DNA of 64,000 nt from Planctomycetota bacterium (GTDB taxonomy: Bacteria; Planctomycetota; UBA8108; SXIK01): contig OZ244999.1 of assembly GCA_965223265.1 (NCBI GenBank), forward strand, positions 7,136,001-7,200,000. The letters run 5' to 3'. Below are positions 31,625 to 41,991 of the stretch, in pieces. The notes beneath the pieces are model-generated. The model did not search any database. It was not told where the DNA came from and worked only from the letters and a program-made list of their open reading frames with translations. The position numbers and the translations under genes are program-made. How positions within the stretch are numbered: position 1 is the stretch's first letter; the number at the start of each line of letters is the position of its first letter.

Positions 31625-31878
31625 CTCGAGTTTGGCCATTTCGCGTCGAGCCTGCCAGCGCCAGGAGCGTCGAGGCCAAGGAGCGACGACAATGCGATCC
31701 CGCTCGGGTCGTGGCGGAGGACGGGCGCAGGCATCGGCGCTCCTGGCGTTCCCCGAAGGGCCGGACAGGAGTTTTTGAATGGGCACAAGGGTTCTCAGGG
31801 TACGAAAAAGTCGAAAGGGCCTCGGAAACCCCCGCGAAACTCGTCCGGCCAGGCCGGCGCGAAATGGCCAAACTCGAG
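31625..31878 (+). ncRNA. Candidate ~254-nt structured RNA/element (three-way junction) upstream of selB
   Basis: A 21-bp perfect closing stem (31625-31645/31858-31878) extends to about 29 bp. Inner stems lie at 31659-31673/31734-31748 and 31759-31774/31837-31850. Confidence 0.5.
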
Positions 31879-32163
31879 GTCAAGGCCTGAGAAGGAAGGT
31901 CGGCACTCCTTGCGATCTTAGGTCCGACGCGAAATACTGTCAAGAATCGTTAAGTTCGACCCAAACACCTGCCTCCCGGCAAGTGTGCCGACCTTGCGGA
32001 TTCTGGCGCCGCAACTTTGTGACCTGTCGCAGACGGCCTCGCATGCCGCGCAACGCGTTCGTCACGTCTAGGAGATAGCTCATTCGAGTGGAGACTGCAC
32101 GACACGCGCCGAGCGCAGCGATTCGTTGCCCTCGCTTGTGGCCGCGTTGACCCAACCGCTCAT

Positions 32164-34122
32164 ATGAAGACCAACGCTGAAAGTATCTTCAACGTCGTCG
32201 TCGGCACTGCAGGCCACATCGATCACGGCAAGTCCGCACTCGTCGCCCAGCTCACTGGCGTGCATCCGGATCGGTTGCCGGAGGAAAAAGAGCGCGGGCT
32301 CACGATCGATCTGGGCTTCGCGCCTCTCACCCTAGCCTCGGGTCTGCGCGTCGGCGTGATCGACGTTCCGGGTCACGAGCGCCTCGTGAAGAACATGGTC
32401 GCTGGTGCTACAGGGATTGATCTTGTGATCCTGGTCGTCGCCGCCGACGACGGCGTCATGCCTCAAACCGAAGAACACGTCGCGATCATGGAGTTGCTGG
32501 GGCTCAAACATGGCATCGTGGCCATCACGAAAATCGATACCGTCGAGACCGACCTCCGCGAACTTGTCCGCGAGGACATCCAAACCTCGCTCAGCGGCAG
32601 TTTCCTTCGCGATGCGCCGATCGTGGAAGTCTCATCCGTGACGGGAGAGGGCATCGAAGAGCTGCGTGCTCTGCTGAACGATGAGCTATCCCGGGTCAAG
32701 CCGCGTGACACTTCTGGTGTCTTTCGCATGCCAGTGCAGCGAGTCTTCTCGGCACGCGGATTCGGCACAATTGTTACTGGCGTGCCGGTCCAAGGCGAGA
32801 CAACAATTGGAGCAACGCTTGAAGTTTCTCCCCTCGGGGCTAAGGGTCGCGTCCGCGGCATCCACGCCTACAGAGAAGCCACCGACAAAGCCCGCGCTGG
32901 CCACTCGGCCGCTATCAACCTCACCGACGTCGACTACAAACAAGTACGCCGCGGCATGGTCGTGGCAGAACCGGGCTACGCGCGAAGCGCAACAATGTTC
33001 GAGGCACGTCTCAGTTATTTGCTGAGCTGTTCGCGCCCGCTTCGCCATCAGGCGCCGATACGACTACACGTCGGAACCGCAGAGGCGCTCGGCCGCGTCT
33101 TTTTACTCGAGCGCAAGGAAGTACAGCCCGGGGAAGAAACCTTCGTGCAGTTTCGCCTCGACGAGCCGGTCGTCGCTGCCGGAGGAGACCGGTTTGTCCT
33201 ACGTTCCTACTCGCCCGCCGCGACGATCGGCGGTGGTGAGATCGTCTCGCATTCACGGTGGCGACTCAAGACCGGCAAGCAATACGTCTTAACGCAGCTT
33301 GAAGAGAAGGCAAGCTCGGTCGGCGATCCACGAAGGAGTCTTCTCAACTTGCTCAAAAACTCAGGCCTGAACTGTTTGACGCCTAAAGAGATCTCGCTGA
33401 GCCTCGGGTTGCTGCCGGGCGACGTCGCAGAGCTGATCAAGGCGCTGATCGACTCTGGTGAAGTGCGACGGTCTGGGCGCGGGGACGGTCACTATTCAGT
33501 GGAGCAAATGCGTCTCGCAGCAAAGAAGGTTACGGATCACGCCGCGTCGTTTTTCCGCGAGCATCCCAGACGACTGCTGCTGGACAAGTTGCATCTGCGG
33601 CAAGCACTCGGAGCCAGCGACGCTTTTTTGCTGGACCTGCTCGGGTTCATGACCAGCGCGGAGACGCTCGAGGAGCCGACACCGGGAAAACTGCGTTTTC
33701 GTGGCCTGGAGCCGCAACTCTCCGACGAAGAAGCCGAGATCAAGGCAGAACTGGCTGAAGCGATCGCAGCGGGAAAGTTCTCGCCCCCGGACACGCAAGA
33801 AATCGCCACTGCACGGCGGTGGAACGTACGCGTTGCTGAGGAACTCGCTCAACTGCTCGAGGACGAGGGTGAACTCGTCCGCGTCGGCGGCGGACTGCTC
33901 TTCCACCGCCGCGCGATCGAGGCAGCGAAGACAGCACTGGCAGAACATCTGAACGAGCACGGACCGATGACGGCTGCCGAAGCGAAGGCAGTGCTACAGT
34001 CAACGCGAAAGTACTGCATCCCGCTCCTCGAGTATCTCGACGACGTTGGATTCACGGCGCGCAGTGGGGACACGCGCCATCTACGCGCGCCAGCCGACAC
34101 CAACAATGGGGCGGAATCGTAG
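32164..34122 (+). CDS. selB: Selenocysteine-specific translation elongation factor
   Basis: GTAGHIDHGKS, EEKERGLTIDLGF, DVPGHE and C-terminal winged helix STRKYCIPLLEYLD. Confidence 0.95.
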   Translation: MKTNAESIFNVVVGTAGHIDHGKSALVAQLTGVHPDRLPEEKERGLTIDLGFAPLTLASGLRVGVIDVPGHERLVKNMVAGATGIDLVILVVAADDGVMPQTEEHVAIMELLGLKHGIVAITKIDTVETDLRELVREDIQTSLSGSFLRDAPIVEVSSVTGEGIEELRALLNDELSRVKPRDTSGVFRMPVQRVFSARGFGTIVTGVPVQGETTIGATLEVSPLGAKGRVRGIHAYREATDKARAGHSAAINLTDVDYKQVRRGMVVAEPGYARSATMFEARLSYLLSCSRPLRHQAPIRLHVGTAEALGRVFLLERKEVQPGEETFVQFRLDEPVVAAGGDRFVLRSYSPAATIGGGEIVSHSRWRLKTGKQYVLTQLEEKASSVGDPRRSLLNLLKNSGLNCLTPKEISLSLGLLPGDVAELIKALIDSGEVRRSGRGDGHYSVEQMRLAAKKVTDHAASFFREHPRRLLLDKLHLRQALGASDAFLLDLLGFMTSAETLEEPTPGKLRFRGLEPQLSDEEAEIKAELAEAIAAGKFSPPDTQEIATARRWNVRVAEELAQLLEDEGELVRVGGGLLFHRRAIEAAKTALAEHLNEHGPMTAAEAKAVLQSTRKYCIPLLEYLDDVGFTARSGDTRHLRAPADTNNGAES

Positions 34123-34162
34123 CCGCACTCCTGATACGCCTCGCTTGCGCGTCCGAGAACTC

Positions 34163-34684
34163 TCAATCTGCGGCGATTTGTGCCATATGGTCGATGAACT
34201 CGAGGTGCAGCTCTTCTGCCTCGAGACAGGTGACGAAGTGCTCAGTGACTGCTGCTGATTCGGACTTCCAGGGCAGCAGCTGACCGCAGACCATGATCCG
34301 TTCTCCGAGCTCGAGCAAGAAGTCGAGCATCTGGCGCGTGCTCCCAAGCGACTTGATCTTGTCGGCGAGCTGCGCGAGAGGCTCAGGTCCCGGGCGGGCG
34401 TCAATCTCCTTATCCGCACCGCCCACCTGTACGACGAGAGCACGCCCCGCTTCAACCGGCTCTGCAAACCTCAGAGACCAATCGCGACTGAGGAGTTGGA
34501 GTAGGACGCGTGCCTCCCCTTCGGAGGTGGCGATGAGCTTCTCATAGAGGTGCAACTGTGCCAGCTCGCCGGCGATGATGCTCACGAGCGCGGCGTCGTC
34601 CGCAGGGAGTTCGCCGTCGTCGAATTGAACAAACCCGTTGGCACGATCAAGCGTGATCGCGTCGAGGTCGAAGTCTTCACTCAT
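34163..34684 (-). CDS. Hypothetical protein
   Basis: 173-aa ORF downstream of ileS with no recognised motif. Confidence 0.6.
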   Translation of the reverse strand: MSEDFDLDAITLDRANGFVQFDDGELPADDAALVSIIAGELAQLHLYEKLIATSEGEARVLLQLLSRDWSLRFAEPVEAGRALVVQVGGADKEIDARPGPEPLAQLADKIKSLGSTRQMLDFLLELGERIMVCGQLLPWKSESAAVTEHFVTCLEAEELHLEFIDHMAQIAAD

Positions 34685-34756
34685 GGTGCGCAAGTTCCGC
34701 CACGGCACCAGGCTCGCGGCTCTACTTCCGAAGGTATCTGGAGTCGATCGTCCACG

Positions 34757-37700
34757 TCAAGCTTCCTCAAAATCGATACGGAAGTCGTCGTCGCCGACTC
34801 GTCCGTCACGCACGCCACCTGCGGAGGAGAGAGACTGCTGCGACACAGAGAGCGACAGTGTCTCCTGCTTGACGTAGTCCACATGACGCTCGAAGGCTGC
34901 CCGCAGCCAACCATCACACCAGACGCTCAGGTGAATCCTGGCTTCATACGCCAGTGCGCGTTCTCCACGCAGCCCATTGACGGCGGCAACGAGTTCCCGT
35001 GCCGCCCACTTCTCGAGAAGCTCATCAGTAATCGCAGTCTCGAGCACCAACACGACACCGCGCCCCGCACGTGCGGCGTAGCCTTCCTTTGGAATCAGCC
35101 GCACCTCGAGCTCCTCAGCAGTCAGTGCCACGGCGTCGCCGTCAACGTCGACCTCGCAGCTGCCGGACTCGTCGAGCTCCCTGCGTAAGACGGCACCGTC
35201 GGCGTTTTCCAGAACCTGCTTGAGCCGCTGCACACGACGCCCGAGGCGCGGCCCAATGAGCTTGAAGTTCGGTTTGAAGTGATAGTCGACGAATCGGTGC
35301 GCGTCAGTGGCGAACTCGAGTGACTCGACGTTCAACTCTTTGCGAACTAGCGGCAACAACTCCTCAAGCGCAGCCTCCATGCGCGGCTCGGCGAGTACCA
35401 AGATCGCCTTCGACAGGGGCTGACGCACCCTGATCTTGGCCTCGACGCGCGCGGATCGTCCAAGCGCGACGACTTCCCGCGTGAGTGCCATCCGCTCAGC
35501 GAGCTCCGTGTCGATGAGATCGCTACGCACCTCGGGAAAAGACGTCAGATGCACACTGCGCGCCTGAGTCGCCGGCCAGACACCGCGAACGAGGTTCTGG
35601 TAGAGACTTTCCGCCAAGAAGGGAAGAAACGGTGCCGTCAATTGGCTGAGTGTCACCAGAGACTCGTAAAGGGTCCAGAAGGCATCATATTTGTCCTGGG
35701 CCAAGCCGGACGCCCAGTAGCGGCTGCGGCCGGTGCGCACGTACCAGTTCGAAAGCGCGTCCACGAAATCGTAGAGCGCTCGCGCCGCCGTCATGATGTC
35801 GTACTCTTCCAAGGAAGACGTCACGCGCGCGCACGTCGAATGGAGCTCGGAGATCATCCAACGGTCCATAAGCGACCGCTCAGCGACGGGCGCGTATCCG
35901 TCTGATTGCGACAGCACCTCCGGCGTGCTGGTCGCGGCAGAAGCATTGCCAAGCGACGGGTCGAAGCCGTCAATGTTCGCGTAGATCAGAAAGAAGCTCC
36001 ACACGTTCTGCAGCCGAATGATGAAGTCTTTTTTCGCTTCGGCGACTCGATCCATACTGAATCGCGTGTTGGTCCAAGTGTGCCCTTGGGAGAGAAAGTA
36101 CCAGCGAAGTGCGTCCGCGCCATGCGCATCCAGCACCTCGTTCGGATCGAGGTAGTTGCGCTTCGACTTCGACATCTTCTCGCCCTTGTCATCGCAAACG
36201 TGCCCCATGACGATGCAGGTGCGATAGGGGTGCGGAAGCTCAGCGTCGTCATGCAGCAAGGTACTCTCGGCAAGAAGCGTGTAAAACCAACCGCGCGTCT
36301 GGTCGATCGCCTCAGAAATGAAGTCCGCCGGAAACGCCCGGCGAAACTTCTCGTCCGATCCTTCGACGTGCGGGTAACCCCACTGCGCGAAAGGCATCGC
36401 ACCGCTGTCATACCAGCAATCGATGACCTCCGGCACACGGCGCATGCGAGCGTTCGGATCCGCTGACGACTGGTAGTGCACGGCGTCGATGTACGGCTTG
36501 TGCACGCGCAAATGATCGGAGAGGGAGGAATCCTTCGCCTTGGCGGCATCGAACACCTCAGTGCCTTGAACGTCAGGTTTGCCGAGAAGCTCGGCGAAGG
36601 AGCCGATCGCCTCCATCTCACCGGTCGATTCGCACGTCCAGATCGGTAGCGGTGTTCCCCAGTACCTCTCGCGAGAGAGTGCCCAGTCGACGTTTCCCTC
36701 AAGGAATTTGCCGAAGCGCCCGTCGCGGATGTGCTCGGGAACCCACTTAACGCGCCGACTGTTCTCGAGCATCGCATCACGAAAACGGCTCGTAGAGATG
36801 AACCACGCGGGACGCGCGTACTGAATGAGAGGCTCGTTGTCCGCTCGCCAGCAAAACGGGTAGTCGTGATTGTACACTTCCTCGCGAAAGAGCAGGCCAT
36901 CGGCGCGTAGCCTCCGGATCAAAGCGCGATCCGCTTCTTTACAGAAGACCCCAGCGACCTCAGTCACGGGCGCCGTCATGCGACCTGCATCGTCGACGAG
37001 TTGAAGGAATCCCAGCCCTTGATCTTTCGCCAGGCGGTAGTCGTCCTCGCCAAACGCCGGGGCGATGTGAACAAGGCCAGTCCCGTACCCCACCTCAGCT
37101 GACGGATCGATGGTGACGAAGTCAGCGGCAACGATTCTAAAACTATCACCGTCCTGGGGCGGGGCGTAAGGCAGGAGCTGTCGGTATCGGCAGCCAACAA
37201 GCTCGCTGCCCGGAAACGGATCCGACACGCTCAATGGTTGAATCTTGTCGGTGAGGACTTTCGCTACCAGCGCCTGCGCCATGACGAGAGTCTCGGCACC
37301 GCCGCCTTCGGTTTCGACCTCGACACGAACGTACTGACCATCGGCTTTCACGGCGAGGCCAACATTGCTCGGAAGTGTCCACGGCGTCGTCGTCCACGCG
37401 AGGTAGCTCAACTTCGAGTCATCGGCACTGCGGAATCGTACAAAAACACTTGGGTCGCTGACCGTCTTGTAGCCAAGTCCGACTTCAGCCGCAGACAGCG
37501 TGCTACCACCCTGCGGCCACCACCAGACCACCTTGCGGTCCTGATAGAGGAGTCCCTTTTCGAAGAGTGTCTTGAGTGACCACCAAACACTCTCGACGTA
37601 GCTCTTGTGAAACGTGACGTAAGCATCGAGATCGACCCAAAAACCGATCCGCTCGGTGAGTTCTTCCCACTCTTGCGTGTATCGAAACACGCTATCGATG

Positions 37701-38089
37701 CAGCGTCGCGTGAACTCTTCGACGCCATACTCCTCGATTTCCTCTTTGCCCGAGATACCAAGCTCTTTTTCAACCTCGATTTCCACCGGCAATCCGTGCG
37801 TATCCCAGCCCGCTTTGCGCGGCACGCGATAGCCTTGCATCGTCTTATAGCGCGGGAACAGATCTTTCACGACGCGGGTGAGCACGTGCCCGGGATGGGG
37901 TTTGCCGTTCGCAGTCGGTGGGCCTTCGTAGAAGACAAACGTTTCCGCGCCGTCACGCTGCGCCAGCGACTCTTCGAAGATGCGCTCCTGACGCCAAAAA
38001 CGCGCCACCTCACGCTCGACTTCAGATGACGAAACTTGTGCCGGGAGTGACTCAAAGACAGTGTCGTGGGAAGAGGATTTCATGCTCAT
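34757..38089 (-). CDS. ileS: Isoleucine--tRNA ligase (type 2)
   Basis: YEGPPTANGKPHPGH, GWDTHGLP, WTTTPWTLPSN, DWALSRERYWGTPLP, DQTRGWF and KMSKS. No C-terminal zinc finger, as expected for IleRS2. Confidence 0.96.
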   Translation of the reverse strand: MSMKSSSHDTVFESLPAQVSSSEVEREVARFWRQERIFEESLAQRDGAETFVFYEGPPTANGKPHPGHVLTRVVKDLFPRYKTMQGYRVPRKAGWDTHGLPVEIEVEKELGISGKEEIEEYGVEEFTRRCIDSVFRYTQEWEELTERIGFWVDLDAYVTFHKSYVESVWWSLKTLFEKGLLYQDRKVVWWWPQGGSTLSAAEVGLGYKTVSDPSVFVRFRSADDSKLSYLAWTTTPWTLPSNVGLAVKADGQYVRVEVETEGGGAETLVMAQALVAKVLTDKIQPLSVSDPFPGSELVGCRYRQLLPYAPPQDGDSFRIVAADFVTIDPSAEVGYGTGLVHIAPAFGEDDYRLAKDQGLGFLQLVDDAGRMTAPVTEVAGVFCKEADRALIRRLRADGLLFREEVYNHDYPFCWRADNEPLIQYARPAWFISTSRFRDAMLENSRRVKWVPEHIRDGRFGKFLEGNVDWALSRERYWGTPLPIWTCESTGEMEAIGSFAELLGKPDVQGTEVFDAAKAKDSSLSDHLRVHKPYIDAVHYQSSADPNARMRRVPEVIDCWYDSGAMPFAQWGYPHVEGSDEKFRRAFPADFISEAIDQTRGWFYTLLAESTLLHDDAELPHPYRTCIVMGHVCDDKGEKMSKSKRNYLDPNEVLDAHGADALRWYFLSQGHTWTNTRFSMDRVAEAKKDFIIRLQNVWSFFLIYANIDGFDPSLGNASAATSTPEVLSQSDGYAPVAERSLMDRWMISELHSTCARVTSSLEEYDIMTAARALYDFVDALSNWYVRTGRSRYWASGLAQDKYDAFWTLYESLVTLSQLTAPFLPFLAESLYQNLVRGVWPATQARSVHLTSFPEVRSDLIDTELAERMALTREVVALGRSARVEAKIRVRQPLSKAILVLAEPRMEAALEELLPLVRKELNVESLEFATDAHRFVDYHFKPNFKLIGPRLGRRVQRLKQVLENADGAVLRRELDESGSCEVDVDGDAVALTAEELEVRLIPKEGYAARAGRGVVLVLETAITDELLEKWAARELVAAVNGLRGERALAYEARIHLSVWCDGWLRAAFERHVDYVKQETLSLSVSQQSLSSAGGVRDGRVGDDDFRIDFEEA

Positions 38090-39282
38090 AGGCCGGGGTG
38101 CCAGACGTAATAAAGCTTGGGAGAAGTCTTGAGGGAGCGGGCGCGCAGGCTCAGCTCGACGTCTTGCCGGTCACCCGCTTGGCCGTGAAAGGCCGCTTCG
38201 AGGCGTGTGTTGCTGCTTCCAGCTCGCGTGTAGTGTATGACTGTCGGGCTCGAAATGGCAGCCATTTCCGTGGCGCTGTCAATTGCGTCGGCAAGATAAC
38301 CGGTGGCGTCTGCAAGACCAAGTCGCGCGCTCTCAATCCCTGAAAAAACTCGACCATCGGCGAGCTCTCGAACCTGATCGGCGCTCAGGTTGACACGCCC
38401 ACGCTCGACGACGCCGAGGAACTGTTCGTACATGTCATCGACCAGATCTTGAAGCACTTGGCGCTCGTCAGCGCTCATCGGTCGGAAGAGCGAGTTGATG
38501 TCCTTTTTGTCCGACGACTTGATCGGTACGGCGCGCACCCCAACCGAGGCGAGAAGGTCGGAGGCATCGAAGCTGTGCAAAATCACACCAATGCTGCCGA
38601 CGATCGCCGTCGGGTGAGTGAACACACGGTCGGCAGCCATCGCAATGTAATAGGCGCCGGATGCACCTTGTTCGACGATGGAGGCAACGATCGGAATGCC
38701 CGTCTCTTCTTTAAACTTGAGGAGCTGACGATGAATCAAATCGCAAGCAGTGACTTCACCACCAGGGCTGGAGATGCGCAGTACGATCGCCTTCACTTGT
38801 CGATCGCTACGAATCTTTAGAAGTCTCGACCTCATCTCCGCCACCGCATTGTGACTCGTAGAAATCAGGCCGAATCCCTTGTCGCTACTGATCATGCCGT
38901 TGATTTCAATGACAGCGACCTTCTCCTTGCTCAGGAATCCACGTCCACGAACGAGGACGTGCTCTTCGAGTGACTGCGGCTTGAGAAGATCGCCGATGGG
39001 GATCACGATGCAGCCCGGAGAAAGAGCGAGCAGCGCGCCGACGAGAACCGCGGGAAACACCCGAGATCGTCGTCCGATCGACGCAGCGAGCGTCGTTACG
39101 AAACTGGCTCGCACATCGGGAAGTCCACTCACCGCGAGCTTTGAACGTCGTGGACAGTCCACGGGAGGGAGGGCAGGGCACACGACCTCCGCCGACGATC
39201 CTGGTAGCTCGCGGCCATGGGACTGCGCTCGCGCCGTCTCGCTCGTGACTCTTCTGAAAACTTCGGGTCGAACTCGTTTCAT
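38086..39282 (-). CDS. sppA: Signal peptide peptidase (S49)
   Basis: ISSPGGEV, GASGAYY, GSIGV and ADGRVFSG. Confidence 0.88.
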   Translation of the reverse strand: MKRVRPEVFRRVTSETARAQSHGRELPGSSAEVVCPALPPVDCPRRSKLAVSGLPDVRASFVTTLAASIGRRSRVFPAVLVGALLALSPGCIVIPIGDLLKPQSLEEHVLVRGRGFLSKEKVAVIEINGMISSDKGFGLISTSHNAVAEMRSRLLKIRSDRQVKAIVLRISSPGGEVTACDLIHRQLLKFKEETGIPIVASIVEQGASGAYYIAMAADRVFTHPTAIVGSIGVILHSFDASDLLASVGVRAVPIKSSDKKDINSLFRPMSADERQVLQDLVDDMYEQFLGVVERGRVNLSADQVRELADGRVFSGIESARLGLADATGYLADAIDSATEMAAISSPTVIHYTRAGSSNTRLEAAFHGQAGDRQDVELSLRARSLKTSPKLYYVWHPGL

Positions 39283-39297
39283 CGTGGTCCTCTCTCA

Positions 39298-40080
39298 TCA
39301 CTCATCGCCCGCCTCGACTTCCTCAGGGTCCCCAGATCGACGGCCCGTCCGTTTATCGGCATTTGCCTGCGGAAACTTGCGCCGCGCCTCAATCCAAGCC
39401 TCAAAGTCCGCCGGACGATTGATGTTCGTCAAGACGCGCTCGAAGAACCTCAACCGCTCGCTGCTGTCACCAGGCACCACCTTCTCTAGCTGCTCGCACT
39501 CCATGACGTCGAGGACTCGCATGCCCGAAATCTCTGCCAGTTCGGTCATCTGCAGCCGGCCGGCACTGAGGCGCTCGCGCACGCGCCGGCGTAAGGCACG
39601 CGAGTACACGGCGAACGTCGGGTAGAGTTGCCGGGCGCAGATCGGCATGCACCCAAGCGCGCCGTCTGAGGAGCGCCAGAGGGCATGAATCAAAGGTGCA
39701 AAGACCTCCGGCATGTCGACGCCGACGACGAAGACGGAGGGACGTTCGCAGACCTCGAGAACACTCCAAAGCGCCGCCAGCGGCGACGACGGCTCCGCAC
39801 GATCAGCAATAACACGCACCGTCGCCGTTGGCGTGGTATCGCGAAAGCGGTCGATCTCTGCGCTCAAAGCTGACGATGGCCCATCCGCGCCGACGCTCAC
39901 CGCCAGCTCGTCAAAGTGTGGGGCTAGTGCGCGAAGCGACCTGTCCAGGAGAGTCACCCCGTCGAGGCGTAGAAGCGCTTTGTCGACGCCCATCCGCCGA
40001 CTGCGACCACCGGCGAGAACGACACCGACACCGTCGAGGACGCGGCGATCGGCATTCACGACGGGCAGCCACCGATCCAC
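39298..40080 (-). CDS. mobA: Molybdenum cofactor guanylyltransferase
   Basis: VVLAGGRSRRMGVDKA, VDMP and NINRP. Confidence 0.85.
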   Translation of the reverse strand: MDRWLPVVNADRRVLDGVGVVLAGGRSRRMGVDKALLRLDGVTLLDRSLRALAPHFDELAVSVGADGPSSALSAEIDRFRDTTPTATVRVIADRAEPSSPLAALWSVLEVCERPSVFVVGVDMPEVFAPLIHALWRSSDGALGCMPICARQLYPTFAVYSRALRRRVRERLSAGRLQMTELAEISGMRVLDVMECEQLEKVVPGDSSERLRFFERVLTNINRPADFEAWIEARRKFPQANADKRTGRRSGDPEEVEAGDE

Positions 40081-41315
40081 TGCGCGGGGAACGCTTCGCC
40101 GCTCGCAACGCCGTCACGATCCGCGGGCAGAACGATGATCGCATTGGCATCGGCGAGTGACGACAGGAGCCCCGAGCCTTGCTTCCCAGGCGACTCAACG
40201 ACAAAACCCCCGGCAGTCGATTCGAGATCGGGAACGATCCGTGCGCGGAGAAGGAAAACCCGCCCACTCGGATAGCGAAAGTCGAACGGGAAACGTACGC
40301 GGAAGCGCGGCTCGTAGACCTCCGCCTCTCCACGCATGCGACGCAAGGCGGGTCGCACAAGAATTTCGAACGATATGATTGAAGCTGCAGGATTGCCCGG
40401 CATGCCGAAGAGCGGCACTCCATCGAAAAGTCCGAACACCTGCGGTTTCCCCGGACGCATGGCGACTTTGAAACGAAACCCTGGTCGAGCCTCTTCGCGG
40501 ACGATTTCTTGCACGAAATCGAAATCTCCGGCGCTGACGCCGCCCGTCGACAGAAGGGCATCGGCGCCGCGGTCGATGGCAGCCGAAATGGCGTTTCTGA
40601 TGGCCCGTTTGTCATCTGCAATGATCTCGCTGTAGACGACTGTGGCGCCGAGCTCTTCAACCGCACCCCGCAGCGAGTAGGAGTTGGAGTTGCGGATCTT
40701 CCCTGGTCCACAAGGCTGATCGACTTCGACCAGCTCGTCTCCGGGCGACAGAATCGCCACGCGCAGCGGCCGGGAGACTTGAAGCTTCGACCAACCGAGA
40801 GTCGCGGCGATCGCCATGTGCGGCGCACGCAAGAGACGCCCCGAGTGGAGACCGACGTCGCCCGGACGAAAATCTTCGCCGGCGCGACGGATATTCTGTC
40901 CGTCGCGGACAGCGCGGTTGAACGTCACGCGGTCGTCATCAAACACGGTCAGCTCGTGCGGGACGACCGCGTCGACTCCGGGAGGCACGGGAGCTCCAGT
41001 CATGATACGGACAGCCGTACCGGCGGCGAGTGGGCGCTCGCCAGCATCGCCGGCGGCGACAACCCCCGCAATCGATAGCGATATCGGGCGGTCGGTGCTG
41101 GCATCGCCGATGTCGGCTGACCGCACCCCAAACCCGTCCATCGCCGAGTTGTCGAACCTGGGCAAGAGCTCGCGCGAAAGCACCGACTCGCGAAGGACAC
41201 AGCCGATCGCCTCGGCGAGTGACCGCGACTCCGTTTCGACCGGTTGCACCTGCTCCAGGATCTTCTCTTGAACCGTCTCAATCGCGATCAGGGGTTGGCC
41301 CAGCTCCTGCGGCAT
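40056..41315 (-). CDS. moeA: Molybdopterin molybdenumtransferase
   Basis: SAMDGF, IMTGAP, GDEL, TGGVSAGDFD, RPGKP and PGNP. Confidence 0.95.
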   Translation of the reverse strand: MPQELGQPLIAIETVQEKILEQVQPVETESRSLAEAIGCVLRESVLSRELLPRFDNSAMDGFGVRSADIGDASTDRPISLSIAGVVAAGDAGERPLAAGTAVRIMTGAPVPPGVDAVVPHELTVFDDDRVTFNRAVRDGQNIRRAGEDFRPGDVGLHSGRLLRAPHMAIAATLGWSKLQVSRPLRVAILSPGDELVEVDQPCGPGKIRNSNSYSLRGAVEELGATVVYSEIIADDKRAIRNAISAAIDRGADALLSTGGVSAGDFDFVQEIVREEARPGFRFKVAMRPGKPQVFGLFDGVPLFGMPGNPAASIISFEILVRPALRRMRGEAEVYEPRFRVRFPFDFRYPSGRVFLLRARIVPDLESTAGGFVVESPGKQGSGLLSSLADANAIIVLPADRDGVASGEAFPAQWIGGCPS

Positions 41316-41319
41316 AAGG

Positions 41320-41658
41320 TCAAACGCGCTCCGTACTGTCGTGAACCCACTGAAAGTAGTCAGCGTTGCCCGCGCCGACTGGCACTGCTGCGATGGCGGG
41401 AACTTCGTAGGGATGCTCGGCTCGAAGTCGCTCGGTCAGCGTCCCCACATCCGCAGCTCGGCACTTCAGGATCAGCAGGCTTTCACCATCCTCTTGGATT
41501 TCTCCCTGCCACCAGTAGTAGCTTCTGACTCTCTCGACGACGTTGACGCAGGCGGCCAGCTTCGACTCGACGACGACGCGAGCAAGGCGCGAAGCGTGGT
41601 TGGGAGGACAGGTCGAGAAAACGACATGGACTTCTGCCATCTTGCTTGGGTTCGACAT
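41320..41658 (-). CDS. cutA: Divalent-cation tolerance protein CutA
   Basis: LAACVN, SYYWWQG and HPYEVP. Confidence 0.9.
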   Translation of the reverse strand: MSNPSKMAEVHVVFSTCPPNHASRLARVVVESKLAACVNVVERVRSYYWWQGEIQEDGESLLILKCRAADVGTLTERLRAEHPYEVPAIAAVPVGAGNADYFQWVHDSTERV

Positions 41659-41991
41659 TGACGGTCTCGCTCGACGGGGTTGCGGCAGGGAAAACGCTGA
41701 AATAGCCCCCAGCCGCGGCGGCCGCGGTGAGCGCTTCGGGCACTTGAGTATTATCATCAGTACGAATACATATAAAATGGCCGGCTGCAAAACGCGCCGC
41801 GCCAAGCCAGCCCGGAGCCGTCCGGTGAGTCGAATTCCCAGAGGTCATCGAATTCCCAGAGGCAACCGCACCCGGGTCGACCGATACCGGATATCAAGCG
41901 ACGGCTTCACCCGGTGTCGGACCGAAGCGCCGGAGCGGCGCGCTGGGCAAGCGTTACCTGTCACGGCGAGATTTCTGGTGAGCGATCAAAG

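Noticed and set aside
31470-32163. tRNA-Sec (selC) next to selB
   Set aside because: No UCA anticodon arm or T-arm pattern was found.
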